From positions 12,896,001 through 12,960,000 of the forward strand of contig OZ024753.1 of NCBI GenBank assembly GCA_964016885.1: a DNA stretch of 64,000 nt, read 5' to 3'. Position 1 is the first letter of the stretch; the number at the start of each line of letters is the position of its first letter. The notes beneath the pieces are model-generated. The model was not told where the DNA came from. It worked only from the letters and a program-made list of their open reading frames with translations, and did no database searches. Position numbers and translations under genes: made by a program. The DNA comes from Eledone cirrhosa. Lineage: Eukaryota. Positions 13,594 through 29,182 of this stretch are shown piece by piece.

Positions 13594-13782
13594 AATAACT
13601 GTTTCTACTTTTGGCACAAGGCCAGCAATTACCCAGTGCATTACTGGTACTTTATTTTATCGACCCGGTAAGGATGAAAGGCAAAGTCAAACTCGGCGGG
13701 TTTTGAACTCGGATCGTAAAGGGACGTAACTATGCTAGAAAGCATGGCGTCCGACCCTCTACCGATACTGCCAATCCACCGC
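13594..13782 (-). mobile_element. tRNA-derived SINE, family A
   Basis: Full head (A- and B-boxes) plus core and tail. Confidence 0.9.
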
Positions 13783-13810
13783 AACATTTCGCTTCAAGCA
13801 TAGCGTTATA

Positions 13811-13933
<123 letters not shown>

Positions 13934-14336
13934 GAAACACAACTGAATTGGTCTGTCCCAGTCATTCATTGAGCAACATCGGTGAAGTTGGCACCCTTAA
14001 CTCACAGTTGGGTGCGGATGCATTCATGTATATATGTGTGTGTCCGCATGTATCTGTGTGTTTCTAAATATATTAATAACTCCCTCTGGTCGAGCAATCT
14101 TTGAAGTGTGGGGACAACTGGAAAGCTTCCATTACTCATACTTCTCGCCTTCTTCACTACCTCTTCTACGGCCTCGATATGAATACCCCCTCCGCCTCCG
14201 TGGTATTTTCTTCGTGGTTATAAGAGGCTTAGCTCTGTTTCTCGACCGTTATATCGCGTGACTATCTCCCCCTCCGCCTTTTGGGATTCTTTCTCACGTC
14301 GTGTAGACGCGTTCTTGAGACTAGTAAAATGAGGTA

Positions 14337-14424
14337 TCCTCTTGATAAGTCGGCAGACCTCGCAGGGACTCTATATCTTTGATATATTGTTTTTGTTTAT
14401 GCCACGAAACTACGTAGTCGAGGA
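14337..14424 (+). ncRNA. Type I hammerhead ribozyme, U3-A8 core variant, unit 1
   Basis: UCCUC-UUGAUAA-[stem II GUCGGCA..UGCCAC]-GAAA-CUACGUAG-UC^GAGGA; predicted cleavage after 14419. Confidence 0.82.
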
Positions 14425-14921
14425 ATTTAGGGGCAGTTTAGGTATGATACATTTTATTACTAATTATATCTAAATGTTTCTTCTCTCTTCATAATGTATT
14501 TTTAACTCTGATACTGGTTCAGTCTGGTTCAAACTGAATTGGTCTGTCCCAGTCATTCATTGAGCAACATCGGTGAAGTTGGCACCCTTAACTCACAGTT
14601 GGGTGCGGATGCATTCATGTATATATGTGTGTGTCCGCATGTATCTGTGTGTTTCTAAATATATTAATAACTCCCTCTGGTCGAGCAATCTTTGAAGTGT
14701 GGGGACAACTGGAAAGCTTCCATTACTCATACTTCTCGCCTTCTTCACTACCTCTTCTACGGCCTCGATATGAATACCCCCTCCGTGGTATTTTCTTCGT
14801 GGTTATAAGAGGCTTAGCTCTGTTTCTCGACCGTTATATCGCGTGACTATCTCCCCCTCCGCCTTTTGGGATTCTTTCTCACGTCGTGTAGACGCGTTCT
14901 TGAGACTAGTAAAATGAGGTA

Positions 14922-15009
14922 TCCTCTTGATAAGTCGGCAGACCTCGCAGGGACTCTATATCTTTGATATATTGTTTTTGTTTATGCCACGAAACTACGT
15001 AGTCGAGGA
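14922..15009 (+). ncRNA. Type I hammerhead ribozyme, U3-A8 core variant, unit 2
   Basis: Identical to unit 1; predicted cleavage after 15004. Confidence 0.82.
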
Positions 15010-15512
15010 ATTTAGGGGCAGTTTAGGTATGATACATTTTATTACTAATTATATCTAAATGTTTCTTCTCTCTTCATAATGTATTTTTAACTCTGATACT
15101 GGTTCAGTCTGGTTCAAACTGAATTGGTCTGTCCCAGTCATTCATTGAGCAACATCGGTGAAGTTGGCACCCTTAACTCACAGTTGGGTGCGGATGCATT
15201 CATGTATATATGTGTGTGTCCGCATGTATCTGTATGTTTCTAAATATATTAATAACTCCCTCTGGTCGAGCAATCTTTGAAGTGTGGGGACAACTGGAAA
15301 GCTTCCATTACTCATACTTCTCGCCTTCTTCACTACCTCTTCTACGGCCTCGATATGAATACCCCCTCGGCCTCCGTGGTATTTTCTTCGTGGTTATAAG
15401 AGGCTTAGCTCTGTTTCTCGACCGTTATATCGCGTGACTATCTCCCCCTCCGCCTTTTGGGATTCTTTCTCACGTCGTGTAGACGCGTTCTTGAGACTAG
15501 TAAAATGAGGTA

Positions 15513-15600
15513 TCCTCTTGAAAAGTCGGCAGACCTCGCAGGGACTCTATATCTTTGATATATTGTTTTTGTTTATGCCACGAAACTACGTAGTCGAGGA
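15513..15600 (+). ncRNA. Type I hammerhead ribozyme, U3-A8 core variant, unit 3
   Basis: Core UUGAAAA, differing only at the free N7 position; predicted cleavage after 15595. Confidence 0.82.
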
Positions 15601-15666
15601 ATTTAGGGGCAGTTTAGGTATGATACATTTTATTACTAATTATATCTAAATGTTTCTTCTCTCTTC

Positions 15667-15734
<68 letters not shown>

Positions 15735-15736
<2 letters not shown>

Positions 15737-15932
15737 GTCACAAGGCCAGCAATTTGGGGGAGGGGAAAAGTCGATTAAATCGACATCAGTACGTTACTAG
15801 TACTTTATTTTATCGACCCTGTAAGGATGAAAGACAAAGCTAACCTCGGCGGGATTTAAATTCAGATCATAAAGGGCCGTAACTCTATGCTGCAAAGCAT
15901 GGTGTCCGACGCTCTACCGATACTGGCAATCC
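15735..15932 (-). mobile_element. tRNA-derived SINE, family A
   Basis: Same head and core as the other copies. Confidence 0.85.
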
Positions 15933-16239
15933 ATAGAAATACATATATTGAAACATATAATAAAAATATAAAAATACATTAAAAAAACGTTCCTTAAGGA
16001 AAATTACTAGCAATCTTGGATAAGTGATAATTATTAATGACATCATAGCGAGGTGTAATTTGTAATCAGGTTTGTCGAAGAATTATGTATTCAGGTAATT
16101 AAAATCAGGTGAATAGCAAAATCTGTTCAAAACCGATTTTTTTTCTTTTTTCTTTTTGTAAAAACATATTTACTTCGAAGATTTATCGAAAATTACTGGT
16201 TTCTTTTTCTCTTCATTTTCACCACTAAATCTCTCTCTA

Positions 16240-16350
<111 letters not shown>

Positions 16351-16435
16351 CTCTCTCACTCCCTTTGTCTCTCTATCTATCTATCTATCTCCCAATCCCT
16401 CTCTCTCTTTTTCTCTTCTTCACTCCCTTTCTCCC

Positions 16436-16470
<35 letters not shown>

Positions 16471-16619
16471 CCTGTCCCTCTCCTTCTCTTTCCCTCTCTC
16501 CCTATTTCTCTCTCTCCTACTCTCCCTCTCACTCACTTTTTCACACGCCCGCACGCACAGACATACAAACAGATACACGCTAAAACAAAAACAAACAAAC
16601 TAGTATATGCATCTATCAC

Positions 16620-16658
<39 letters not shown>

Positions 16659-16854
16659 GAAACAGCAGAAGAGGGTGTGTGAACTATACAGTGAGTGACA
16701 GAGACAGAGAAAGGAAGAGAGACTGATAGAGTAATGGTGAGAGAGTTTCTTTTCATATGTGAATTTTTTAATAGTAATGGGACATTATAATTCGTGTTTA
16801 TGTTTTAACAGTAGGTTAATTTTCTATATACATACATGCACACACAGAATATAT

Positions 16855-16929
<75 letters not shown>

Positions 16930-17073
16930 CTACATGCATATATACACGTATTATATAAATGCATGCACTTCTGTAAACTCCATATGTTTATGAATGTATA
17001 TACATATTATATATATATATGTGTGTGTGTGTATATATATATATATCAAGCTTTGTATCTTCTATATATATAC

Positions 17074-17135
<62 letters not shown>

Positions 17136-17317
17136 AACGAGTAGGACCCCGACGGCTGACCTCAAGCCGTATCGACGGCTAATTCTGGACTAAATGAACA
17201 TTTTTATCCTGGTACATGAATAGCCGAGCTTCTCAGGGGCTAATTCCATATATGGTAAAAGTGATTGTCACAAGGATTGGTCAAAAGTTTTTTGTTGAGA
17301 CATAATTCTATCATGGC

Positions 17318-18265
<948 letters not shown>

Positions 18266-18608
18266 TTTCATGAGGAAAATATTTTAAACATTTAAAAAGA
18301 CATTAATATAATGGATAGGCCAACATAAAAAATAAAATTAGTTAAATTGAATTTTCAACGTGTTGCTTCGTCATATTTTGCAATCTTTAATTTTTTCCAT
18401 TTTAGTAAATGTTAGATACATATTTAATTGATAGTTATGAAATACCCAGAGTAGAAAATAAAAATCTTCTAAAATACCCAAATATAGATCAAGGAAATAT
18501 CGTTAAGAAATTGTAATAGCTCCAAATAAAATAACGGTGAAAATCTGTTAATATGGTTATATATTTGATAGCCGCGTGATGTATGTCTTACTATTATATA
18601 TAGAAAAG

Positions 18609-18774
18609 GGCGGTGAATTGGCAGTATCGGTAGAGGGTCGGACGCCATGCTTTCTAGCATAGTTACGTCCCTTTACGGTCTGTGTTCAAATCCCGTCGAG
18701 GTTAACTTTGCCTTTGATCCTTACGGGGTCGATAAAATAAAGTACCAGTAATGTCCTGGATAATTGCTGGTCTT
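18609..18774 (+). mobile_element. tRNA-derived SINE, family A
   Basis: A-box TGGCAGTATCGG and B-box GTTCAAATCC. Confidence 0.9.
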
Positions 18775-18813
18775 AACAAACCGTCCTTGTATTATATATA
18801 TATATATATATAT

Positions 18814-19187
18814 AGTTTCAGAAGATCCCGTTAAGGGTGAAATTAGCGATCCTTTGCTTAAACATTATCTGCTATTTTAATAAATATGTATATATATATA
18901 TATATATATTAGATATTAGAAAGTGAGGTTTTTTTACAAAATGAAATAAAAACGAGGTGCCCTACACGAGTGAAAGTATAAGGAAAAAAGATGAAATTGA
19001 AAATAGAATTGTAGATAAGTAGAATTGAGATAGAGGGTTTGTGTGTTTTTTGTGAGAAAAACCACAAACTCTCCATCTCAATTCTACTTTTGAGAAGCAG
19101 AAGAACTGTAAACCGGTAAAGGAACCAAATAAATATATATTTTAAAAAAAAAAGGACTGCAGTTGCATTTTCGATTTCATCTGTTTT

Positions 19188-19190
<3 letters not shown>
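18814..19190. mobile_element. Penelope-like pLTR fragment with hammerhead-like motif (CAGAAGA core) and inverted segment
   Basis: AGTTT-CAGAAGA-TCCCGTTAAGGGT-GAAA...TGCTT-AAAC at 18814-18864. The body is shared with about 300-415 and 23484-23700. Confidence 0.55.
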
Positions 19191-19238
<48 letters not shown>

Positions 19239-19500
19239 TATATAAATATAAATTACCGAGAATCGTATTTCGGCTTAAGAATTAACGAAAAACAACCTCC
19301 GATATGTGTGGCAAGCGCTCAATGATTCAGATGAACCAGAGCTACAACATACGCTAAAGGCCAAACACACTGAGACGATGGTTAAACAATCATCCGCAAG
19401 CCAAAAAAAACGACCAAGTAATTCGGGTCAAACAAATAAAAATATATGTGATTGAAAATAAAAATATATGTGATTGAATATATATATATATATATATGTG

Positions 19501-19640
<140 letters not shown>

Positions 19641-20419
19641 AAGTATATATTTCCAATAATTTGTTATATATATGTGGGGCTGGGGTGTGATTCTTTTATA
19701 CTTTTACCAGATTCACTCGTTAGCTGCGAAGGGAACCTTGTATTGTCATACATTGTGATCTAGCTGAGATCGTCATGGTGTGGAACGGAGGAGATTGGCA
19801 CGTTTCTAAATATATTTCCTCATCTCTTTTAGTTATGTTTTCGAAATTTTTGGTCAAACACGCGCATGCTTAAAGAGTTTCCGTTTTAAATTTATAAAAT
19901 CATATGTGTGTATGTGTGCATGTATGTATGTTTGTGTTTGTGTGTGTGGGTGGGTGTGTGTTAGTGTATGTGTGTGTATGTATCTTTTTGAGTGTACGTG
20001 TGTGTGTGTGTACACCTGTGTGATGTGTGTTGATGTGTCTATGTGTGTCTGTGTGTCTATGTGTGTGAGGCATGTGTATTTGTGTGTTTGTGTGAATGTC
20101 TATGTGTGTTAGTGTGTGTGTGTATGTATGCGTGTATGTGTGTGTATTTATTGCTATTTATTCCAGTACTCACGTCAATCATTGGATGACAGCCATGTTT
20201 GATAATTTCCTTCAATTAAGCTCCTTTACATAATGTACTCAGCCGAAAATATAATATTATCATTTCAAATTATAACTGACAAGATGAAGAAACCATTAAG
20301 GTCTTTAGAAATTCGCCTTAAAATACGAAAGGAAGAGTCATCTCGAAATCTCTATAGTCCTAAAATTATTAAGAGCTACAATGTAGGGTAGGAGAGATTT
20401 CTGTCATTAAAATCTCGGG

Positions 20420-21215
20420 AGGTGACCTTAACACGATTCTATTTTATAATAGTTTAATTAAAATCTATAAAGGTGACCTTAACATAATTCTGTTTTAGGT
20501 TAGTTAAGGTCTATAGGGCTTACCTTAACATAAAATCTATAGAGGTAACCTTAACATGATTCTGTTTTAGGTTAGTTAAGGTCTATAGGGCTTACCTTAA
20601 CATAAAATCTATAGAGGTGACCTTAACATGATTCTGTTTTAGGTTAGTTAAGATCTATAGAACTTACCTTAACATAAAATCTATAGAGGTGACCTTAACA
20701 TGATTCTGCTTTAGGTTAGTTAAGATCAATAGAACTTACCTTAACATAAAATCTATAGAGTGACCTTAACATGATGCTGTTTTAGGTTAGTTAAGATCTA
20801 TAGAACTTACCTTAACATAAAATCTATAGAGGTGACCTTAACATGATGCTGTTTTAGGTTAGTTAAGATCTATAGAACTTACCTTAACATAAAATCTATA
20901 GAGTGACCTTAACATGATGCTATTTTAGGTTAGTTAAGGTCTATAGGGCTTACCTTAACATAAAATTTATAGAGTGACCTTAACATGATGCTATTTTAGG
21001 TTAGTTAAGATCTATAGGCTTACCTTAACATAAAATCTATAGAGGTGACCTTAACATGATGCTGTTTTAGGTTAGTTAAGATCTATAGAACTTACCTTAA
21101 CATAAAATCTATAGAGGTGACCTTAACATAATTCTGTTTTAGGTTAGTTAAGATCAATAGAACTTACCTTAACATAAAATCTATAGAGGTCACCTTAACA
21201 TGATGCTGTTTTATA
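20420..21215. repeat. 72-bp tandem repeat, about 10-11 copies
   Basis: Unit taccttaacataaaatctatagaggtgaccttaacatgattctgttttaggttagttaagatctatagaact; period 72 (20521 to 20593). Confidence 0.95.
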
Positions 21216-21257
21216 ATAGGTTAGCGAGGCATTACTTCACAGCTAAGATCGAATAAT

Positions 21258-22296
<1,039 letters not shown>

Positions 22297-22319
22297 ATAT
22301 TATAAAATACTTAGTGATT

Positions 22320-22580
22320 TATCATCATCAGGTGCCAGGTCTGTTCCAGACATCGTCAATCGTAGCTCTCCAGTCCTTTCTGTTGACAATGTTCTGGCCG
22401 AAGTCGCTCACTCTCGCCCTATCTTCGTTCTTTCAATTCCTTCTCTCCTCCTTCCAGCGATCTTGCCACAAAGAATCAGTTTCTCCCAACCATCTCTTCT
22501 GTTTCTATGGCCAAAGAATTCCAAATATCTCTTTCTAATAGTACGCACAAGAGATCTTTCCATACCTGCCAGTCTTGGGA
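22320..22580 (-). pseudogene. RTE LINE 3' fragment
   Basis: Minus frame LAGMERSLVRTIRKRYLEFFGHRNRRDGWEKLILCGKIAGRRR; (TGA)n tail. Confidence 0.75.
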
Positions 22581-22973
22581 CTTTATTTAGTGATTAGGCA
22601 AATTAAAATTATAGCAACATAAAATTTCCCAAGTGTAATATTTAATAAAAAATGTAATATAGATAATTGCATGCTACCATAGTTAGAGCGGTCAACTGGA
22701 AAACATTTCGTAAGAAATTCAAACAGCAATGAAAAAAAAAATTGTAATTTTGGGTAGATTGAAAATTTTGTAATCTCCACCTCCATTTTACCTCTTTTAG
22801 ATTAAATTACATTGAAGTTAATGTGTTTGTGGTTTCTTCCTATCACATTTATAATCTGAATTGATGGTAAATTACTTTCATTTCATCGCCGTAAAGCAGA
22901 TAAGGGGTGGAGGAGGACTATTTATAGCGTAACAACAATATCCGGGTGACTGGAACTGCGTTGCTATCAAGTG

Positions 22974-23013
<40 letters not shown>

Positions 23014-23167
23014 TGCACGTTATTATTAAACACTATATTTGTAGCATAGAGTTACGGCCCTTTACGATCTGACTTCAAATCCTTCTCGAAGTTTGGTAGT
23101 AATTTTCCTTAAGAAACATTTTTTTATGTATTTTTATGTTTTTATGTTTTATTTTAAGTATTTCTAT

Positions 23168-23388
23168 GGATTGGCAGTATCGGTAGAGCGTCGGATACCA
23201 TGCTTTGCAGCATAGAGTTACGGCCCTTTATGATCTGAGTTCAAATCCCCCCGATGTTAACTTTGCTTTTCATCCTTCCGGGGTCGATAAAATAAAGCAC
23301 CAGTAACGTACTGGGGTCGATTTAATCGACTTTCCAATCCCCCCAAAAAACATTACTGGCCTTATTCCTATACTAGAAATCATTATTA
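23168..23388 (+). mobile_element. tRNA-derived SINE, family A (partial copies on either side)
   Basis: A- and B-boxes and core. Confidence 0.88.
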
Positions 23389-24334
23389 AACTCTATCTTT
23401 ACAGTATAGAGTTACGGCCCTTTACGGTCTGAGTTCAAATCCTGCCAATGTTTACTTTGCCTTTCATCCATACAGGGTCGATAAAAACCCTCCATCTCAA
23501 TCCTACTTTTGAAAAGCATAAGAACTGTGAAACCGGTAAAGGAAATGAATAAATATTCTTAAAAAGACTCCAGTTGCATTTTCGATTTCTTTTCCTTATA
23601 CTTTCACTCGTGTAGGACATCTCATTTTTGTTTATTTAAAAACCGCCGTTAAGGGTGAAAGCAGCGATTCTTTGCTTAAACTTTAATCTGTTCTTATAAT
23701 AAATACTTGCTCTACGGGTTTATATATATATATATATTTATATAATCCTTATCAATCCCTCTGCGGATTTTAGTCTTCACATTTATTATTACTATATATA
23801 TATATATATATATAAAGAAAACGAAACAAACACTTGAACCTGATCTGCGACAGAGTGATATCTTCGTAAAAATCAAATAAACATTTAAAATGATCCAATC
23901 TTCATACATACATACATACATACATACATACATACATACATACATACATACATACATACATACATTCCTATTAATACACTAATTCTCTACATTTCTCTTC
24001 TCAGATGACATATTTAAAGTCAGTAAAAGTAATAAAAATATGTTTGCTTTAGGAGAACAAGCGTATGTCAGTGATAATCGCAGTGGATATTTTACGTGAT
24101 TCGTTCTAAAATAAACAACCATCAAAAGAAGAGAGGGTATTGAAATAATTGTAGAATGAAACCAGGAATATAGCACAATTATTTCTCCAAATAATATCAT
24201 TTGCATAAATGTATTTTGAAAGGGAAATTGTATACGTCTAAATTTACTGCTAGCTTTAAAATATCTTCTTTTTTTTTTTATAGTTTCTGTAAAATTGGTT
24301 GTAAATTCTTCTTCATAGCCGCCATCTTCATTCT

Positions 24335-24336
24335 CG

Positions 24337-24381
<45 letters not shown>

Positions 24382-24625
24382 GCATTTTCATCATCATCAC
24401 CACCACCATCATCATTATCGCCATCATCATCATCATCACTATCACCATTATCAATCATCATCATCACCATCATTATTATCACCATCGCCATCACCATCAT
24501 CACCATCATCACCATCATTACCATCATCACCATCATCACCATTATCACCATCATCATCATCATCACCATCGCCATCAGCATCACCACCATCATCACCAAC
24601 AACACCATCACCGCCATCATCATAA
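24335..24625. repeat. (CAT/CAC)n trinucleotide repeat
   Basis: Direct reading. Confidence 0.95.
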
Positions 24626-25027
24626 CTATTCTTATCAAAGCTTTTAGTATGTTCTTTCTCGTATGAATATGTCATAATGACTTCATGACACGCGGCTCTA
24701 AATTTATATCTTCAAATAACTTTATTATACAACGAGAAAGTCTGAAAGCAAGCAGTTAATAAACTAGAAAAAATACTAAAATATATCAACAAATAATAAA
24801 TAATATGATGGAGAGATGAACTAAACATATTTGTTTAGGTGTGTCATTCTTTAAAAGAATGACCTGAATGTTACATTTTATTTATTTAAGTTCTATAGAA
24901 AATGGCAAGCACTGTTCTGAGATGGTAAACCAAGATACAAATTACAGAGTACCCCTATTTAAGAGAAATTAACTCTTTATGAATTATTTGAGGAATTTTA
25001 CAGAATGAAGTGACATTATTGTATTCG

Positions 25028-25210
25028 ATTGGCAGTATCGGTAGAGGGTTGGACGCCATGCTTTCTAGCATAGTTACGTCCCTTTATGATCTGAGTTCAA
25101 ATCTCGCCGAGGTTAACTTTGCCTTTCATCCTTACGGGGTCGATAAAATAAAGTACCAGTAATGCACTGGGTAATTTCTGGCCTTGTGCCTAAAGTAGAA
25201 ACAATTATTG
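25028..25210 (+). mobile_element. tRNA-derived SINE, family A
   Basis: A- and B-boxes, core and tail. Confidence 0.9.
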
Positions 25211-25260
25211 TATTTGAAGAAATACAATATATATGACCACGCAGTGACGTGTAATATTAT

Positions 25261-25318
25261 ACTAGACCATCAGTGACCCGTTCGGACACGATCACTTCAA
25301 TCTACTCTTTCACAACCA

Positions 25319-25380
<62 letters not shown>

Positions 25381-25966
25381 TTATGAAGGTACCCGGAAAA
25401 GCCCCAAATCTCAGGAACCCGTGCCTTGATTTATGCGAAACTTGTTTTATTCCATTTGTATTCCCATTTCAGGCTCAACTTCCTTTCAAAGTATTTTCTC
25501 ATCATGCGCCGTTATGGCTGTATTACATTACAGACAAGATACAATCACAGACTTTTAGTATTATACCAGACCACCCGTCACCCGTTGGGTCACGTTTACT
25601 TCAAAATATTTTTTTTAAAATCATGTTCACTTAAAAATAATTTTTAAATAATTAAAATATACACAGACATCTATATAATGTGAAATGAAACTGGCAGGCC
25701 CATATGTATACGAGTGTGTATGTATGTATATATGAAAAAATGGGGAGAAGAATACTGCATGGTTGCACATGGATAACATGTTATAAAATGAGTCCCTCAT
25801 CAGTGATTTACCAACGGTCATAGGTATTTCATTGCATAAAAATCATATACCTCACGTTGGCGCAATAATAACTAAAATAAGTTATTAGGACAATTAAAAC
25901 GCGTAAAGCGAGTGAGACATATATATATATGTGTGGGTGTCTGTGATCTATATACACTGGTCATAG

Positions 25967-26051
<85 letters not shown>

Positions 26052-26420
26052 CACACACTCATATATATATATACACAACAACACCACTAGCTCTCTCTCT
26101 CTCTCTCTCTCTCTTCCATTCTCCTTCTCTGTCTCCTCTCGATCTCTCTATGTCTCTCTTTAAATCCACTCTCTCACAACCATTATCTCTTTCTCTCTAG
26201 CCTTCTTTCTATCTCTGTTTATGAAGGTACCCAGAAAACCCCGTATCTCGGAAACCCGTGCTTCGATTTACGCGAAACTTGTTTTATTCCATTTGTATTC
26301 CCATTTCAGAGTCAACTCCTTTTCAAAGTATTTTCCCATTATGCGCCCTTTTGGCTGTATTACATTACAGACAAGCAAGCAAACAAGCAAGCCAAGAATC
26401 ACAGACTTTTAGTAATATAT
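25261..26420 (+). mobile_element. Two head-to-tail Helentron/DINE-like non-autonomous copies
   Basis: 25261-25563 (internally deleted) is followed directly by 25564-26420; both end ...aatcacagacttttagta. Confidence 0.6.
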
Positions 26421-26463
26421 ACATAGATTTCAAATATTTTGCTTTATTGTAAATAGATTGTAA

Positions 26464-26757
26464 TGGTGGCGAATTGGCAGAGTCGTTAGAACGTCGGATA
26501 GAATGTTTTGCGGAATTCGATTCGGCTCTCCGCTCTCAGAGTTCGAATCCCGCCGAAGTCAACTTTACCTTTTATCCATTCAGGGTTTATAAAAACTACC
26601 GTAACAGTTTCGTAGTGGGATAGATTCTTCCTCCCCTATATTTCTTGCTCAGTCCCATTCTCTCTCTCACACACACTCTCTCTCTCTCTCTCCTTCTCTT
26701 GAGGAAATCACCTGTATTCAGACCTGGAAAGGAGAGGGGCTCAGCCAGGTTTAAACA
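26464..26757 (+). mobile_element. tRNA-derived SINE, family B
   Basis: A-box TGGCAGAGTCG, B-box GTTCGAATCC and the family-B tail. Confidence 0.85.
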
Positions 26758-27522
26758 GAAAATGTTGTAGACACGCCTTATGCCAATGCGGCGCCCTTAT
26801 GACCCTTCAATATTTTGATTCCATAATCACTTATTTAAAAACGTTTATAATGTTTTATAAGGCATTTGGTTCTTAAAATTTCACATGTTAACCTTTCTCC
26901 TTAAATTATCAGAGAGTTATATTTATTTACTGTTTAATACTATGATATTTAACTTGTTAAACATTGGTGAAGATACGGTGTATTATTTGAATATAATTAT
27001 TGGAAATGGAAATTTTTTAAGAAACAAAATATTCAATTCTTGAAGGCAGAATGAAAAGTTTTACATGAAGTTATTTATAATTTTAAGCATTAATTAAAGC
27101 TTGGAGACATATTTCAATAATACGATACCGTTTATCGCAGATTCTAACGTCAGATTCCTTTAAGATGGAAACGAAAAATTCAAATATCTTCCCTAAGGAA
27201 ATTAACATATGCTGCTTTAATGTATTGACCCCATCCGAAGTTTATAATTTTATACTCAGATCCTCATAAATTATATAAAATATGGCTTAAAGTAAAATAA
27301 ATTTGTTATATAACTTTAATATTCACATGTCTTATAAAACAATTAGCATTGCCTAAAATAATGAAATGACTTTTCTTCCCTACGCTGGATGTATTTCAAT
27401 TTCATAGCATATGTGTGTAATGTACAAGTGTATAGGTTGATAAATTTAATATTACTGTGTGGATTTCGATTTAGCAAGGTTCTTTATTGAACACACGCTC
27501 TAGTTCAGTTATAGGTATCGCT

Positions 27523-27553
<31 letters not shown>

Positions 27554-28156
27554 TTCTTAAAAGTGTAGAATTAAATACCAGAGAGTTATCAAAGCATGGT
27601 TGAAAATAAGATAATATATTATGCAATACTACACAGATGTATATATATATATAAATGAAAGTATAGAAATTATTGTAGTAAGTGACTATAACGTCAAAAT
27701 GGAAAAATAGTTAACGTAAGATGTGGGAAAATAATTCAAACTCAATTCAAAAAGAATCAGGATATAGATTAATCCACAGAATTTTGTGAAATCCAGGGAA
27801 AAATCAATAGAGCCCTAACTCAGAATAAAATAAAGTTTAAAATACTCATCCTTCCATTTGGAAAAACTACAAATGCTCTGTATAGTCTTAAAATACTATT
27901 TCACGAAACTTTCAGTGGGGATGGTCACGGTTGGAGTCGATCATCAGCAGAACTCATAGACACGATAACCAAATTACCACTGTTTATAATATGCCAAAAG
28001 GGGAATTTAAAAGCAGGCTAGTTCAAGATCATGCGTAATTATGAAGAAAAACGCACATGTAGAGAGAGGGCTGGTGACGTCAGAATGAGACGAATGTCTG
28101 TTTACGTGAAATAACAGTCAAAAACATTCAGAAAAAAAACTCTCTATATATGTATA

Positions 28157-28361
28157 TAACGAAGGAGTTGTGGTAAGGAACCAGATGGACCATAACGCAC
28201 CAGAGTACTCAATACTTAGGGTAGTAGAGTGGGTAATAGGAAAATGTATGACCCCGACGCAGAGCTCAAGCCGTTTCGACGGCTATTTCTGGACTGAAAT
28301 AGCCGTGTCCAGAAATAGCCGTCGAAACGGCTTGAGCTCTGCCGTCAGGGTCATACATTTT

Positions 28362-28365
<4 letters not shown>
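28157..28365 (-). mobile_element. Penelope-like pLTR fragment with fold-back palindrome
   Basis: Same family as 1268-1462; palindrome at 28237-28365. Confidence 0.7.
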
Positions 28366-28398
<33 letters not shown>

Positions 28399-28496
28399 GG
28401 TGTGGCATGCTTAAAGCGTCCGTATGCGGTAGGCCGTTTGAGCTCTCGATCCTCTTACAGAGCAGTGTATAATATCACATAAGAAAAACGGGAAAT

Positions 28497-28694
28497 CAGT
28501 GTCATGTCAAACATGCGGCTTTTACAAGTATGCAGGCCCACACAAAGGTTTTTACAGCGCGATCATGTTTTATCTTCGTAATATAAAATATAAAAAATAG
28601 TTGTAATATGCGCAATTAGTTGTCGTGTGTGGCCCTCAGACTGGACATATTTGACCCATGTGGCCCTCAAGGGACCCTCAGTTTGACATGCCTG
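28497..28694. mobile_element. Probable hAT-type MITE
   Basis: Termini cag..catgtcaaac / gtttgacatgcctg, with subterminal tgtggccctc repeats. Confidence 0.5.
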
Positions 28695-29182
28695 CTCAAA
28701 CACATATCACTACAAGGAAATATAATGCTTCCCATCCCCTGGTTTCATAGAATTCAACCAGCTCTGTCTTTCCTGTGGGATGCATCATCGGCGTTCAACT
28801 TGCAAGAGACACTAATATCCACTATCGTTACCACTTTCCTTGATTTCTGAGTGAATTTAGATAGATGGAAACAGCCTGTAATTCAAAGGACCGAGGACCA
28901 GCCTTGTGGACCGCTGTCACGCTGAATCTCCCTGAAAATGTGGTTACGGCTAAACGTGTCATCAAAATAAGCAGCCACTTTCACGTTTATTTCATGAGCT
29001 GGCGTGTCCGTCGATTGAGTTAATAGAACACCTATTCTCCAGGATACATTTGACTAAAGACAATACAACCGTGACTACCAAGTCGACTATTTCAGACAGT
29101 GAGTATCTTGGACTACATTAATAAATATAGATTGGATATAATGGGGTAAGAAATAGCAACTCTTCGGCATACTTTATTATAT

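Larger units (their letters stand above)
13941..15671 (+). mobile_element. Tandem array of three ~590-bp non-coding units, each with a hammerhead ribozyme (retrozyme-like)
   Basis: Units 13941-14531 (591 bp), 14532-15116 (585 bp) and 15117-15671 (partial) are near-identical; the array is flanked on both sides by (AT)n. Confidence 0.85.

Noticed and set aside
14034-15437. Three repeated 73-75 aa ORFs in the 590-bp units
   Set aside because: Short, with no recognisable domain, and starting in an AT/GT microsatellite-like patch; the unit is better explained as ribozyme-bearing non-coding RNA.
19700-19810. Good-looking plus-strand splice acceptor (cttttaccAG)
   Set aside because: All three frames hit stops within 20 codons and there is no clear donor.
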